This document shows, in pieces, positions 29,901-41,900 of a DNA stretch of 61,031 bases. Numbering within the stretch: position 1 is the stretch's first letter; each line of letters begins with the position of its first letter. The notes under the pieces were generated by a model, which had not been told where the DNA came from, searched no databases, and saw nothing but the letters and a program-made list of their open reading frames with translations. This DNA is from a virus (taxonomy: Duplodnaviria; Heunggongvirae; Uroviricota; Caudoviricetes), in IMG/VR virus record IMGVR_UViG_3300018411_000017; one strand, written 5' to 3'. The position numbers and the translations under genes were made by a program.

Positions 29901-32900
29901 CTGAAGTGAAAGACAGCTTAAAGAATGTTATTAATTCTTTTTTATCTACTATAGTAGACTCGCCTGCATCGTATACGACATCTGATGTTGAAAACATATC
30001 AAATGCAATATCTCCTATATCACTTATTGAAGGCGTTAATCCTGAATTAGATAAATCACAAGTATCTTCTATTTTAACAAAACCTTTAAATAATTATACA
30101 ATTGAAGATTATGATGCATTAATAGCTGCTGGGTTGTCAAATGATAAGGCTGAAAAACTAAAATACATAATAGAGAACAAGGATCTTATAAAAGATTCAT
30201 TTAATACTATTATTGGGAAACAGTTACTAAGCGCAAAAACACCTTCTACCGTTTTATCAGTATTAAAAGACTTAAGCCAAACAATAGCTGAGTCAGACGA
30301 ATTAGATGATACATTCGATGTATTTTCTATATTAGAAGATTTGGACTCTAAAACAAATAAACAAAGTTTTAATATTAGTGAATTTGTTATAAATACTCAA
30401 ACTGAAGAAGACAAGATAAAGAAGGCTATACAGGTGTTAGATCGCGCAGCTACAACCATTAATGCATTAACAATATACGATAATAATAATAGAGCTACTT
30501 ATGGAGATGCTTTAAATAGTGTTTTAAAAGACAATAAGTTAGATTCTAAATATGACGGCAATCTGTTTAGCCAAGAAGAATCATCCAATATATTAAAAGA
30601 GTTAGAGTATCATAGATCAAAACTTACATTTGCTTTAGAAGTTTCAAAACAAAATAAAGGGAATAAGGTCAGATATGATAAAATAGCTTCATTAAACTTT
30701 AAAGCCAGAAATATCTATAGCTTATTTGATAATGGAGAGGATAATAGATGGATGCATGATCAGTATTTTGATGGCTTATATGAAGGTAAAAACGACTTCT
30801 TTGAAGATGATTCGATTAAGGATTACATAGACTTTATTAGGCTATCTATGGGCGGATTTGACTCTGAGCAGATAACAACTAACGCTTACATGCTTAATTT
30901 AAGCGATGAAGACGCTATTAAGTTTGAAGAAGCTATCATGCATATAGAGCAATATATATATGATAAAGTAAATGAATCAGAGGATACAAAGAAAAAGTTT
31001 GGAGAAAATCTAAAAACAATTACTGGTGATAAAGTTTCATTTTCTTCTTTATATCAGTCAAACGATAAACAACAGGTTAAATTTGATCCTAAAGTTACTA
31101 ACTATGGAATGTTAGATACTTTAAATCATATGCTTGTAACAGTCTCTTATAGCCCTAAAAAGCTTAATTCTTTATTTATAGGATCTACTGTAGACGGCAA
31201 AACCGATTTTGAAAACTCTAAATATGCTCCATTGCAATCTCAAGAGACTGCCATGAGATACGCCTTAGCTTCTATTCTATCTAATGTAAATGGATATAAT
31301 ATAATAGCAGATGTTTATAATCAGTTATATGCTGACGTTTATAACAAAGATTCTGATGACCAAAACAAGGCTATTCGATTGGCTTATGCATTTCAAAATC
31401 TTGTTCAGTTAACAGGTTATCCAGGAACTGGTAAAAGCACTATATTGGACACTATTTCAAGGTGTCTAGAAAATGCAGGTGTAAAGATTGGTGCTTACGC
31501 TCCTTCTGTCGACCAAGGGTCTAATCTTATTGGCATATTAGGTGAAAGAGATAATTTAGTCAACAAAGCAGAGAATTCTACTATAGATGACTTGATGGGT
31601 AAAGTCATAGGCGAAGAATTATACAATAAGATGTATAAAGAGGTAGAGTCCAAAGAATGGTCTGTTTATGATATGACAAACAATAAGTCATTCCCCGAAG
31701 GGAAAGAAGACTCTCCTTTAATTAACTTTGTTTCAAATAAACCTGATTATTATCCTGGTGGTATATTTAAATTAAACGAACAACATCCGTTAATATTAAA
31801 ATGGATAGAAAATATAAAACCAATAGATGAAGATGTTATTGTTATTGATGAGTATACACATGTAAGCCCTGTAGTATTAGCTGTGTTAGAGTTATATCAA
31901 AGAGTTTACAATTCAAAGTTCGATAAGAAAATCTCGTTATTATTTACTGGCGACATGTATCAGGATGGATATTTAGTTGATGCTAATAAAACTGGAGAGT
32001 CTTATAAAACATACGTCGGTGACATATATTCTTTAAAATCTCCAGAATTAACTGACGTTATACGGTCTGGCTATAATAATAAGACGGACAATATAATAAA
32101 GACTCACGCTTTGCTAAATACGATGATGGACACTCCTAGCAAGTCCTATGACATTCTTAAAAATAATGAAATGTATTATTCGTATTTTGAGAATGATAAA
32201 GAGCTTATTGGAGATAAAATAACTGAAAGTGTTAGTAAATCTGACTTGGAAAAATTGGCAAAAGATTCAACTGGCAAAGTCGGAGTAGTTGTTAGTTCCA
32301 TGGATTCAAAAGTTGTTAAAACTATCAATTCATTACCTGAAGCGATTAAAAGCAAGTTTGATATACGTATAGAATCTAAGGTTCAGGGAAAAGAATACGA
32401 ATATGTGATTGTTGATGTTGATTTGGAAAAGATACAGCCAGGTGATTACTCTTCTTTATTCTATTTAAGAAAGATGTATACTTATATGTCTCGTTCAAAG
32501 AAAGGATCAATTATCACAAATGGATCAATTAATCAACCCGCTACATTTATTAGTAATAAAAACACTGATAATTCTAAAGCTCAATTTAATAGCGATCAAA
32601 TAGAGAAGTATAAGGAATTTAGATTTAAAATTCTCAATCTATTAACAGATAAGGATTTTCAAAAAGAGATTAAACCTTCTAGCGCTAAAGAATATAAACA
32701 GGATGATGGATCTGGATATAAAGAACCAGAAGAATGGACTGATGATAAGGTACTAGCTTTATATGAAATGTCTATTGACGAAGAAGACAAATCTCCTTAT
32801 GATACAAGTGATAGCAAGGAAACGTCTAAAAAGCCTAGCGAGTTTACTCAAGATATGCTGTTTATGTACCCGTTTCATGAGCGGGCAACGGCTTCGTTTG

Positions 32901-35900
32901 ACGAAGATGATGGACTGTATTATCATGTGATAGATGCTGACGAGTCTGCATTAATGGATAGATTTGGTTTAGAAGGAGTTCCCGAAAAAGCTTATAAAGA
33001 GATTTTATCAGATTTAAAGTTGTTAAAGAACTCAATTTTATCTGCTGGATTATATCATCCCGATAAGAGTTTAGACGAAGTTATACCGGAACATATATTG
33101 AAAAAATACAATATAAAAGATACTGAGATAACTTTAAAAATCGAGAGTAATATTGATTATGAAAAAGATCCAGAAATAGCTATAGATATGTCTCCTGTTA
33201 CTAATGGAGATTATGACGCTGAAAAAAATCTTGTTAAAATCGCTCATTTTTTGGTTGCAACTATAGATGGGATAGATATTACGTTAGCAGCTTTGCCTAA
33301 TATAAACAATCCAAATGTTGCTATACAACCTAATATTTCACGTTTAATAAACGATCTTAATAAGATAAATGTTATAGATGAAAAAGGTAATAAAACTACT
33401 AAAATGGTTGATGGAACCTATTATAGGACTATTAAAACAGATAATCCATTAGGTTTAATAAAAAAGCTTACAAGGCATAAATTTGTTAAAAGAGAAAAAC
33501 CTGTTAATTTAAAACAATTTAGAGCTGAAAATCCTGAGTTAATTGTTTCAAAAACTTATATTTCTACTAGAGAAATTAATTTTGATGAAACAGATGAAAA
33601 TTTAGAATTAAAAAATAAAAAACGTAGTTACAATGGTAAACCTCTTGTCTTTGTCTCCTTTGATCCAACTCTTAGCCCAGGAGAGTTAAAAGATGAATAT
33701 CTAAGACAATTACAACATAAGTTAGATGATCCAGAATATTCTATGTCTGTAGGGATTATGTTTGTTAGTCCTAAAAAGGTAAAATTCTCAAATTGGTTAT
33801 TAGAAAATCATAACAGAATTAAAGCTTTTAGAAACAAAGAACAAATTGATCCTTCGAATGTGGCTTATGAAAATCACTTTTTAGCAGCTAGGTTGATTAC
33901 TAATATTATATCAAATACTATATATTATAAGAATCTACTTGATAGAGGCGTTGATAAATTAAGTTCTGCTAAACAAAAAGAAGCGTATAAGAAGTTCTTT
34001 GACACAGGAGACCAATCCACAAACGAGTTAGCTACTGGTTTGATTAATACTTTAAAGATTAGAATAGACGGATTATTTGACTGGAATGAATTAACAGCGG
34101 CATATAAATCAGCCGTAGAAGCAGGTCAAGGTAGTGCAGAATCGTATGATAATGCAAAACAAATAATCTTTGATAAGTTAATACAAAAGGTTAACGAAGC
34201 TTATAATTCTAAAGATTTGACAAAAACTAAGTTGTTTAAATTTTTGGAATCTGTTCATGGTGCTGATGTTAAAAACTTATTTGTAGATTTAAACATTGCA
34301 AAACATAAAAAATATTCATCTGTTTTAGATGCTTTATTTTCTAAATTTACTGGACATGATGATGAAATATTGGCAGACCTTGGTAATATAGTAGATTTAC
34401 TGCCAGATAGACTTAATCTTCTTGTTGAAAGAATGTCTTATAACGAATTTAAAGATGGTATGGTCCCTATGAATATGGGTATCAGCAAGAAAGGGACATC
34501 TAACCAAGTTCCATATTTCTGTGAATCTGTAAATAGCGAAGATGATATTATGGTGAATAATCATTTAATTCATCCAAATATATATATAGATCTGGAATCG
34601 TTAAGTGAACTGGATGAGGATTCTGAAATTAAAATAAATTCTGAATATATTGAGAAATTTAAAAAAGGGATAGATTCCGTGATTGCTAAGGCTAAAGAAT
34701 CTGATGCATCTCCATCTTACATTAAAGAAATAGAAAAAATTGGGAATAAGTATTTAAAAAATGTAAATAAAAGCAACCACGATAAACTCGCGAATCTTTT
34801 TATAGATGAATTAGATAAAATTCCTATAGACATAACTCCTGGATATAAATTTTTTTACAATGTTAGAGAGGGCGAATTTTTTACTTTTAAAGATGGAGAA
34901 TATAGTTATGCTCAAAATCACGAAGGGTTAAAAACTATTCAAAATGTAATAAAACTAACTCCAGATAATTTAAATAGGACAATTACTATTGAAACTGATA
35001 AAGAAATTTATATTCATGATCTAAAAACAAAAGAGTTTAAGTTATTAAATACAAAGCCAGAAACTACGGTCCCAAATTCGTTAGTTAAGGAAAATTTTAA
35101 TAACTTTGCAGATGTTTTAACAGCTATTGATTTTCCTAATAAAGATATCGCTTTGAATGATTTTAAGCAGGTTTTTGAATCTAATAAAAACATGACAAAC
35201 GAAGAATTGCTAAATAGTATTAATGGAATTATTACTAGATATGGATTGCAATTAGAAGCGTCTTTAAATGATGGCATAATTAACATATCAAAAATCTCAA
35301 CCATTGAAGGTAAGACAACTCCAATTTCATTTGGAATAAATGCTGATAAATATATGCATAATCCAACTACAGACAAAGATGTTAAAGTGTTTGACGCTGA
35401 AGTTGATGAAAATGGGTTAGGAACTTATACTATTACTTCTCTGAAAAGGATAAAGAGTTTGGATGGACTAGATGCCTCAGTCCAATTATCTGGATCAGCG
35501 ATAGAAGATGCCGTTGATTATAGGATAGTAGAGAAAGGTGTTATTAAGAAAAACGATCAAGGTGTTTTTGAGATTGTGAAACCTTTAAAAATAGAACTAT
35601 TCTCAGATAAAGAGAGCAAAAATACAGCTCCTATTACACAGGAAGAACCGCCTGTTATTAAAGAAGAAGTAAGGTCTGTGAAGGAATCCAAGTCTTATAT
35701 AGAACAGAGAACTGATTTCTTGTCTGATATTAAGTCCCAGATTGTTTCCGTATTGGAGAATATACCCGAGTCAGAAGATAAAGCAATTATATCAGAGACT
35801 TTGGCTAATATAATTCAATCTATAGATGATGGATCTTCTACTTTATTATCTAAATCAAAAGATCTTTCAAATTATATGTTTAATCCTAAGTTTATTAAAA

Positions 35901-35989
35901 GCTTAGGTAAAATGGATGATAGTGTTAAAGCAATTATAATGAATGATATATTAAATACATTATCAGATAACCAATTAATAAAATGTTAA
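26966..35989 (+). CDS. Giant virion protein with ejection-protein-like N-terminus and internal SF1 helicase-like domain
   Basis: 3007 aa. Walker A GYPGTGKS (31415-31438), Walker B VIDEY (31841-31855), TGDMYQ (31946-31963), VQGKEY (32381-32398), YTYMSR (32477-32494). Confidence 0.75.
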   Translation: MADTLQNKNSDWIGSIVKNPETTMDQWIYEEGLNANNTTIYDKEFYKSKDTIKKMFTDSSGKFKEKEFDNFYNQSVASYNELMQRTYNEDLEVSRSFLDNELHVPKDAKKISSKGKFTKVMNPEGDLTSFEGFNVTTKGKKSKYELAQNNEVLDYATGESKGWKPNDDDRSGILDFIFKTEPVVFAQYDEDGFHSDPITGKQIPHSKGQPKLNSDGNFYYETLGNRESTGKTFLSIGDTVTDDGSFANKFDFIDSDGLDKSITGSVVKNAAKIAPYFIPYVKNVYTIANTVLDLANATPELVKAMASMTGTDLSNSKTLNQLKGQTARLYTGTSEYAKQNTFGVENVLNMVSQTFDQLNSQRAIASIPSLLGSKANSIRKYENLIKKTLGEEGFAQFGVLDKSQKMSTINKLSSYNATIKALQKRQEFWQTTGAKALSSLYMAATSATSAYEDAKSSGLSTEHASAYYMGVLASYYGLMQYTDIGHWALKGIGVDDASKALNKMVKTESETMTQSLSKLMKAYETVGQTEAVKSSMFIRAFNAGKEALKNGSKKLFSGEIDTTVKAMAAEGLEEVSEEAMQDGWKSVYNTLNQMGYIPDATREKKFQFDMQDIVSRYGMSLFGGALGGAVFHLNDKFINKTGFSDDKDMLWYISNGHKDKVIESINKLESKGFFGSKALTPNAIYAPASEEDVPVYEPTNDPNKSQNSYIANLLKAKVNQLSTIVDYYNIPSEIKLGKDYTKMVNGLINVGVNSSISDDIYEISSDLFDDIKDLRGLEKPLDTATDEEISIYKNKQSELKKKIDEKKKELVEISEGKKLEKYFGEAYFSTRAGMYAPFGVKTVNDFAESKFNKKYKDLTDEEKVQVEKANLEYKEFSRRNQLRISKGIFDNYVDHFIKNSAKLKQPKIIDVDRSKLDNYIKELSINDKLKDKTFEEIIDDYDQLLNSEITNVNQTPIKYEAKLLQDDIEKDLSPLKDNTEVKDSLKNVINSFLSTIVDSPASYTTSDVENISNAISPISLIEGVNPELDKSQVSSILTKPLNNYTIEDYDALIAAGLSNDKAEKLKYIIENKDLIKDSFNTIIGKQLLSAKTPSTVLSVLKDLSQTIAESDELDDTFDVFSILEDLDSKTNKQSFNISEFVINTQTEEDKIKKAIQVLDRAATTINALTIYDNNNRATYGDALNSVLKDNKLDSKYDGNLFSQEESSNILKELEYHRSKLTFALEVSKQNKGNKVRYDKIASLNFKARNIYSLFDNGEDNRWMHDQYFDGLYEGKNDFFEDDSIKDYIDFIRLSMGGFDSEQITTNAYMLNLSDEDAIKFEEAIMHIEQYIYDKVNESEDTKKKFGENLKTITGDKVSFSSLYQSNDKQQVKFDPKVTNYGMLDTLNHMLVTVSYSPKKLNSLFIGSTVDGKTDFENSKYAPLQSQETAMRYALASILSNVNGYNIIADVYNQLYADVYNKDSDDQNKAIRLAYAFQNLVQLTGYPGTGKSTILDTISRCLENAGVKIGAYAPSVDQGSNLIGILGERDNLVNKAENSTIDDLMGKVIGEELYNKMYKEVESKEWSVYDMTNNKSFPEGKEDSPLINFVSNKPDYYPGGIFKLNEQHPLILKWIENIKPIDEDVIVIDEYTHVSPVVLAVLELYQRVYNSKFDKKISLLFTGDMYQDGYLVDANKTGESYKTYVGDIYSLKSPELTDVIRSGYNNKTDNIIKTHALLNTMMDTPSKSYDILKNNEMYYSYFENDKELIGDKITESVSKSDLEKLAKDSTGKVGVVVSSMDSKVVKTINSLPEAIKSKFDIRIESKVQGKEYEYVIVDVDLEKIQPGDYSSLFYLRKMYTYMSRSKKGSIITNGSINQPATFISNKNTDNSKAQFNSDQIEKYKEFRFKILNLLTDKDFQKEIKPSSAKEYKQDDGSGYKEPEEWTDDKVLALYEMSIDEEDKSPYDTSDSKETSKKPSEFTQDMLFMYPFHERATASFDEDDGLYYHVIDADESALMDRFGLEGVPEKAYKEILSDLKLLKNSILSAGLYHPDKSLDEVIPEHILKKYNIKDTEITLKIESNIDYEKDPEIAIDMSPVTNGDYDAEKNLVKIAHFLVATIDGIDITLAALPNINNPNVAIQPNISRLINDLNKINVIDEKGNKTTKMVDGTYYRTIKTDNPLGLIKKLTRHKFVKREKPVNLKQFRAENPELIVSKTYISTREINFDETDENLELKNKKRSYNGKPLVFVSFDPTLSPGELKDEYLRQLQHKLDDPEYSMSVGIMFVSPKKVKFSNWLLENHNRIKAFRNKEQIDPSNVAYENHFLAARLITNIISNTIYYKNLLDRGVDKLSSAKQKEAYKKFFDTGDQSTNELATGLINTLKIRIDGLFDWNELTAAYKSAVEAGQGSAESYDNAKQIIFDKLIQKVNEAYNSKDLTKTKLFKFLESVHGADVKNLFVDLNIAKHKKYSSVLDALFSKFTGHDDEILADLGNIVDLLPDRLNLLVERMSYNEFKDGMVPMNMGISKKGTSNQVPYFCESVNSEDDIMVNNHLIHPNIYIDLESLSELDEDSEIKINSEYIEKFKKGIDSVIAKAKESDASPSYIKEIEKIGNKYLKNVNKSNHDKLANLFIDELDKIPIDITPGYKFFYNVREGEFFTFKDGEYSYAQNHEGLKTIQNVIKLTPDNLNRTITIETDKEIYIHDLKTKEFKLLNTKPETTVPNSLVKENFNNFADVLTAIDFPNKDIALNDFKQVFESNKNMTNEELLNSINGIITRYGLQLEASLNDGIINISKISTIEGKTTPISFGINADKYMHNPTTDKDVKVFDAEVDENGLGTYTITSLKRIKSLDGLDASVQLSGSAIEDAVDYRIVEKGVIKKNDQGVFEIVKPLKIELFSDKESKNTAPITQEEPPVIKEEVRSVKESKSYIEQRTDFLSDIKSQIVSVLENIPESEDKAIISETLANIIQSIDDGSSTLLSKSKDLSNYMFNPKFIKSLGKMDDSVKAIIMNDILNTLSDNQLIKC

Positions 35990-35992
35990 CTT

Positions 35993-38900
35993 ATGAGTAA
36001 ATGTTTTGGAGATATAAGGGATGAAGCTTTCAAGCTTCATTCCTTTATCGCACATCAAATGGCTAATAAAGTTAGTAAGGCTGATTTTATAAATAGTTTA
36101 AATGAACAGATTGAAAAACTATCTCAATCTTATTCGACGACGCCTTCTAATATAGAATTAAAAGAATTCTATGACACTATTATTAGCTCTGTTAATTCTT
36201 TATACAATAAAGGGTCAAGATTTAAAATTGCAAAAGTTGATTTAAAAGATTATCCGACCTCTTTTGTCGAGCAAGAAGTACAGTTTAAAATGCAAGATCA
36301 AGTGTTAGCTTCTAAATCTTCTACTGTAGCTGCCGTTGAATCAAGAAGCGAAGATCAAGTTAATTTAGATACATTAGAAAATATTGTCCATTTACTTAAT
36401 ATATTTGGGAACAATACGGATCTAATGGATAAATTTCTACAGAAATTCAAAAACGATATACTTGATTTAGTTTTATTTTCAGAGGGAAATGATCCGTCTT
36501 TTAATCAGTCTACAGAAGTTATGAATACTAATATATCTAACTGGAAATTAGATGTAGCAAGCGATTTAAAAACTAATAACAGATTGATTGGATTATCAAA
36601 TTCGGAAATAGCTTTATCTTTAGCTAACCCTACGGATAATGGCGTTGATAGTATTTATAGATTGTTTGTTTCAAAGCATTTTGATATGCTTCTTTCTCTT
36701 TCCGATAACGTGATGGTTAAAAAGACTAAAAACGGATATATCCCGGCCATAACAACGTCATTAAGAAAAGGATGGACCGATAATGAGTTTATAGATTATC
36801 TAGATGAAATGGGTGATTTTACAAAAGAAATTATAAAATCAAGAAAAGTCATTGGCTTAAATGGCAATTTCACAGGAGAATATATGCAAATAGATCATTT
36901 GTTTAATGTAATCGGTAAATTGCAAGATGCTTTTGACAAAACAAATCCAGATCATTTAAAATCTATTATAGAAGATGTTTTAAAAGTAAAAACCAATAAA
37001 AGAAGCTTAGGAGTAGTTGATGATGGCGTTAATCAAGATAAAATAAACTCTCTATCAACCAGAGACTTAAATATGTTATTATCTTTTTATCTACACTTTT
37101 TAAAACCTGAAATCAATGAAACTCATTGGTTGTATAAAAATGGGATTCTAAAACCTGGTTCTGAAATAGATAAAATAGCTTCATTTTATTTAAGATCTAA
37201 AAATACCTTCAAAAAAGGAATATCTTCTTCTAATAAAATAGATTATTATGATTTAATAGTTTATAACGTAGAAAAACAATTAGGGAATTCATATACTCAA
37301 GTTGTATATGATAATAATAAGAAAAGCTTTATATCAGAGGATTTAAATACCAATAAGACTAATAAAAAGAAAAGACAACTATTAAACAATATCTCTTTTT
37401 ATATGAGATCTATATTCAGGTACGATAAAATACCTGACATATTAAAATCTTATGGATTTGAATTAACTGAAAAAGATGGAGTACCAACTAAGATAGAGGG
37501 CAATGGATTTATTTTGGATTTAGAAAATTATAATCATACCATACCAGAATCTATCAACGAAGATGATAAATTCCTGCAATTGTTTAATTATATAGTAAAT
37601 CAAAGCCAGCTAATAAAGCCTTATGATTATTTAAATTGGTATAAAGAATCTTATTCTGAATCTAATTTTAAAAACGGATTAAACTCTTTGGCGAATATAC
37701 TATCTAGGTCTATATCTCTTTCTAATGAAGCTTATACTGATGATAAAAGAATACCTCGTTTTATCGAAGATAATGAAATGAGTGAAGTTAGACATATTAA
37801 TAGAGCTTTACAAGATTACAGTACATGGCTTACTGTTATATCTGGAGAATCGGTAAAATCTGTTACTATGACAGCAAATGACACATTTGTCCCATCGTAT
37901 GGTTTGCCAAATATGATTAAGAATATGTTTACCCAAATTTCATTCTTTTCTAAATATTTCAAACGAAACAAAAAGTCTAAATCACCATTAAGGGACAATA
38001 TATTATATAAAAATAGAAAAGCTATATTAGATCCGGTAACTAATACGTTTATTAGTTATAAAGGTAAAACAACTCCAATAGCTAAAGCTTCATCTCAAGA
38101 GATATTCTTTAACAATTTTATACTGCAATATCTACAAGGTATAACACCCCAAAGTTATATTGTGGGATTTCAGCCAACCACTTATTCTGATAAATCGAAA
38201 CAAACAGCTATTAGAATAGATGGTAGCAAATTTAAATATGGAAGACATAAATCTTTGAGAGAAATGAAAGAATATGATCTTGAGGAAATGTTTTATAACC
38301 AAACAATGGACTATTATAGCGACGCAAAGGATCATGTTATAGACACATTAAATAAAACTCTAGATACTGATTTTAAAAAGCTGTCAGAAATACAGAATTA
38401 TATAAATAAAAATAGTATAAAAGTAAATGATATCATCAGCATAGCGGATTCTAAAGGCTTGCAAATCTTTTCTACTATGTTTTTTACAAAGAACAATATC
38501 AATTCATTCTTTCTAAAGTTCGAAGAGAATCCTGCGTTATTTAGAGAATTATTAGAGGATGACATGGCGAATTCTATAGGTTTATTAAAAGCTGAAAACA
38601 TATATATAGATTATAAAGACGTAAAATCAACTATTGATACAGCGATACAAGGACTAGGTTTGAATATAGACTTTGAGAAAGACTGGGTTGATAGTTCCAC
38701 TGGTAGAATATTATGGGATAAAAAAGTTGGTAATATAGTTACGGTAAACCCTTTATATTCAAGATACTTTTATGAAAAGAACTCTTTTTCAGAGGCTTTT
38801 CAGCACTTAATTGCGGGAGGCGTATTTTCACACCCAGCAAAAGGGGCGGGGAAAGACTTAGTAGAAGAATTTTCTAGAAGATATATTGCAATGACCAAAA

Positions 38901-41900
38901 GAACTGTTGGTATACAGGCAACAATGCATCCATATCGACTTGGCTTATATAATGGTGTTTCCTACTATGATAAAATAGCTTTTGTATTTGATCCAAAGAT
39001 GGATCTGTATAATCAATTAGGAAATACTAAAGATCAAGAAATCACTGACGGTTCTTCGTTTTCTAATTATCTATCAACTATATTGAAGAATAACTCTTTA
39101 ATGGATCAAGGCGGACAGGTTCACCATAAGTCAATTGGCATGATGGTAGATCCTGAATCTGGTTGCTTTATGTTGATGAAACACGCAGATCATACCATGA
39201 CAAATGAACGTATTAGAAATTCTAAATATGCTCCATATAACCTTAAAAAGGTTGTTCAGAAAATGTTGGATATGCCATTTAACCAAGAGATAGATATAAC
39301 AAAAAACTTTGATGGATATGATATTTTAAAGTCATTAAAATTGAAAGTTAAATATAAAACAGATCAAGGTTCAGAGACTATTGAGAATATCATATACAAA
39401 GGAAATAATACATATGATATAGAATATACAAAGTATAATTCAGATGGTACTACTGAAAAAGATATAAAGAAAGACATTCCAATCAATTCATTATATGAAT
39501 TATGGCTTACATTAGGTGGTGAGAGGTCAGCTTCATTTGATCCTGAATCTAGAAGAATGGTTTATGATGACAGTTCCTGGTTTAATCTAGCTGAATTTGT
39601 TAATCATGTTGGTTTTAGAAAGAATTCTAAAAACACAAGAACTCAAGAATATATATCTAAAAATAATATAGATTATAAAGCTTTTAGAACTTTAGCAAAT
39701 GATTCTAGGTATGATGATGATAGTAAAATAGAATATGATGATACATTAAGACCGAATGCTGATTCAATCTATCAGCCTTTAAAGGATAAATTCATTACTC
39801 AGATAACATTTGCATCCGCTCAAAAAGTAGGTTCTACTAATGTTAATAGCGTTGAAGCTTTGAGAAACGATGAACCATTAAAGTATTATCCTAAGTATTC
39901 CAATATGTATACAGGGTTACAGTTAGATCATGAACATCATATAGACGATTCCGAAGTAACAGAACCAACTCAGATTATATCTGCTATATTTTTCAATGGA
40001 GATGCTAGCGCTTATAATTCTCAGATTTCTTCTGCTATTAAAAACTATATAATAACTAACATTGCTAATTATCTCGGATCAAATCAATCGGTTAGTGATA
40101 TTCCGATAGATTCCATACGAGAAATTATTGGTAATCAATTAATAAAAGAATTAGGTAAAAAAGATGTTAATGGTTTGGCTGTCAAAGTGACCAAAAGTAT
40201 TGAAACTGAAATTCAAAAACTATTAAATGAAGCGAATGAAAAACTAAAAGCTGGAGACGAAAAGGCTTATAATTCCAAGATTAATCAAATAAATAAAATA
40301 GATAAAAAAGATGTGCCTTTCAGTGATCCAGGAATATATGATATATTCGTAAACTCAATGAGTAATATAATGACTTCATTGGGTATTAGACGAAAATTGG
40401 AAGGTGCTATGAATGTTTTATCTCCTCAGAACTATTTTATTACTGTACATGAAAAAAATGGTAAGGTTGGACTTGCTGAAGACTTTGATGGATCTATTGA
40501 TCTATTGGAGACTAGTAAATTAAACATAAAACCTTTTGACGTAATACGTATTATAGAGAATGATAAAGAAGAAAGAATCGAGTTAGATACTTATGAAAAA
40601 TGGACAGATTATTTACAGCGCGATTTAGATAATGCTCAAATATTATTAGAGTCCGGAGCTCCACGGAGGCTATTACCTCATAGAGTTCAATTCGATATAG
40701 AGAATGAAAATATATCAGCTTCTAAAGATTGTTTTGGAGTTGACTTCTCTAAGCTTTTAAATTATGTAGAATTAATTAATAAATATAATAAAGATGAAAA
40801 CACAAAAGATAAAGCTAAATCTCTAATCTACGAATGGGATTATGTTATTAATAGCAACTTTATAAGACTTAATATACCAACACAAAGTGAACTTTATTCT
40901 TCTTTAATGGATAAAGTAAAACAAGCTTTGAATGGAGAAGAGATTTCTCTTTCTAGTAAAGACTTTAATACATTAAAGAATATTGAGTTGTCTAATTATA
41001 AACTTTTAAAAGAAAAAAGTATATCATTTTATTCGGTAGAAGATGTTAGAGATATGATTAGGAATGGTAAGATTCAAAACGTTATAAGTGATCCTAATTT
41101 AGTTGAAGAACTAATTAATTCTTATAATGATCCTGAAGCTTTTTATTCAGCATTATTAGATGCAGATTTATCAGTGAAAATATCTAATTACAAAGAACTT
41201 GAAGCGGAAGTTGTAATGCCTGCTAATTTAGGTAAGAAGTTTTTTGTTGCTAAGGGGATGAATGTTGGGGACGTTACACTAGATTATTTAAAAGATAAAA
41301 TAAATAATTTGGTAGATAGATCAGAAACTCCGTTTAATTATTCATATCAGCTTCTAGAAGATTCAGGTGATAATATCTTTGTATTAGATGAAGACGCGTT
41401 TGCTAATCTAAATAAAAAGAATATTAAACTAAAACCATTATATAGATTTAATGGATTTTCTAATGCAAAAACACTTATTGCTAAACGAGAAGAAGACAAT
41501 CATTATGTTGGATCGACAATGTTTTATTCGTTTAGAGATCCTGAGACAAAAAAGCAATATAGAATAGCTGTAGCAAAAGACTCTGACGTGCAATATTTAA
41601 ATGGATTCAAAGATGGAGAGCATAATTATAGATTAATGGTACCGAATGCGGATGTTGATAGCGAAAAAACAATTGATAATTATGTTAATGAATTATATTC
41701 CAATTATGAGGTTTCATTAAAAGGCATGATGTGTCGTATTCCATCTCAATCAAAACAGTCTGGAATGCCGTTTAAAATCGTTGGGTTTTTAAATACAGAG
41801 AATAATATATCATTTGTTCCAGCGGAGAACTTATGGTTAACTGGTGGCGACTATGATATTGACAAAATTGTACAAGTGTTATTCTCTTTTGGGAATGATG

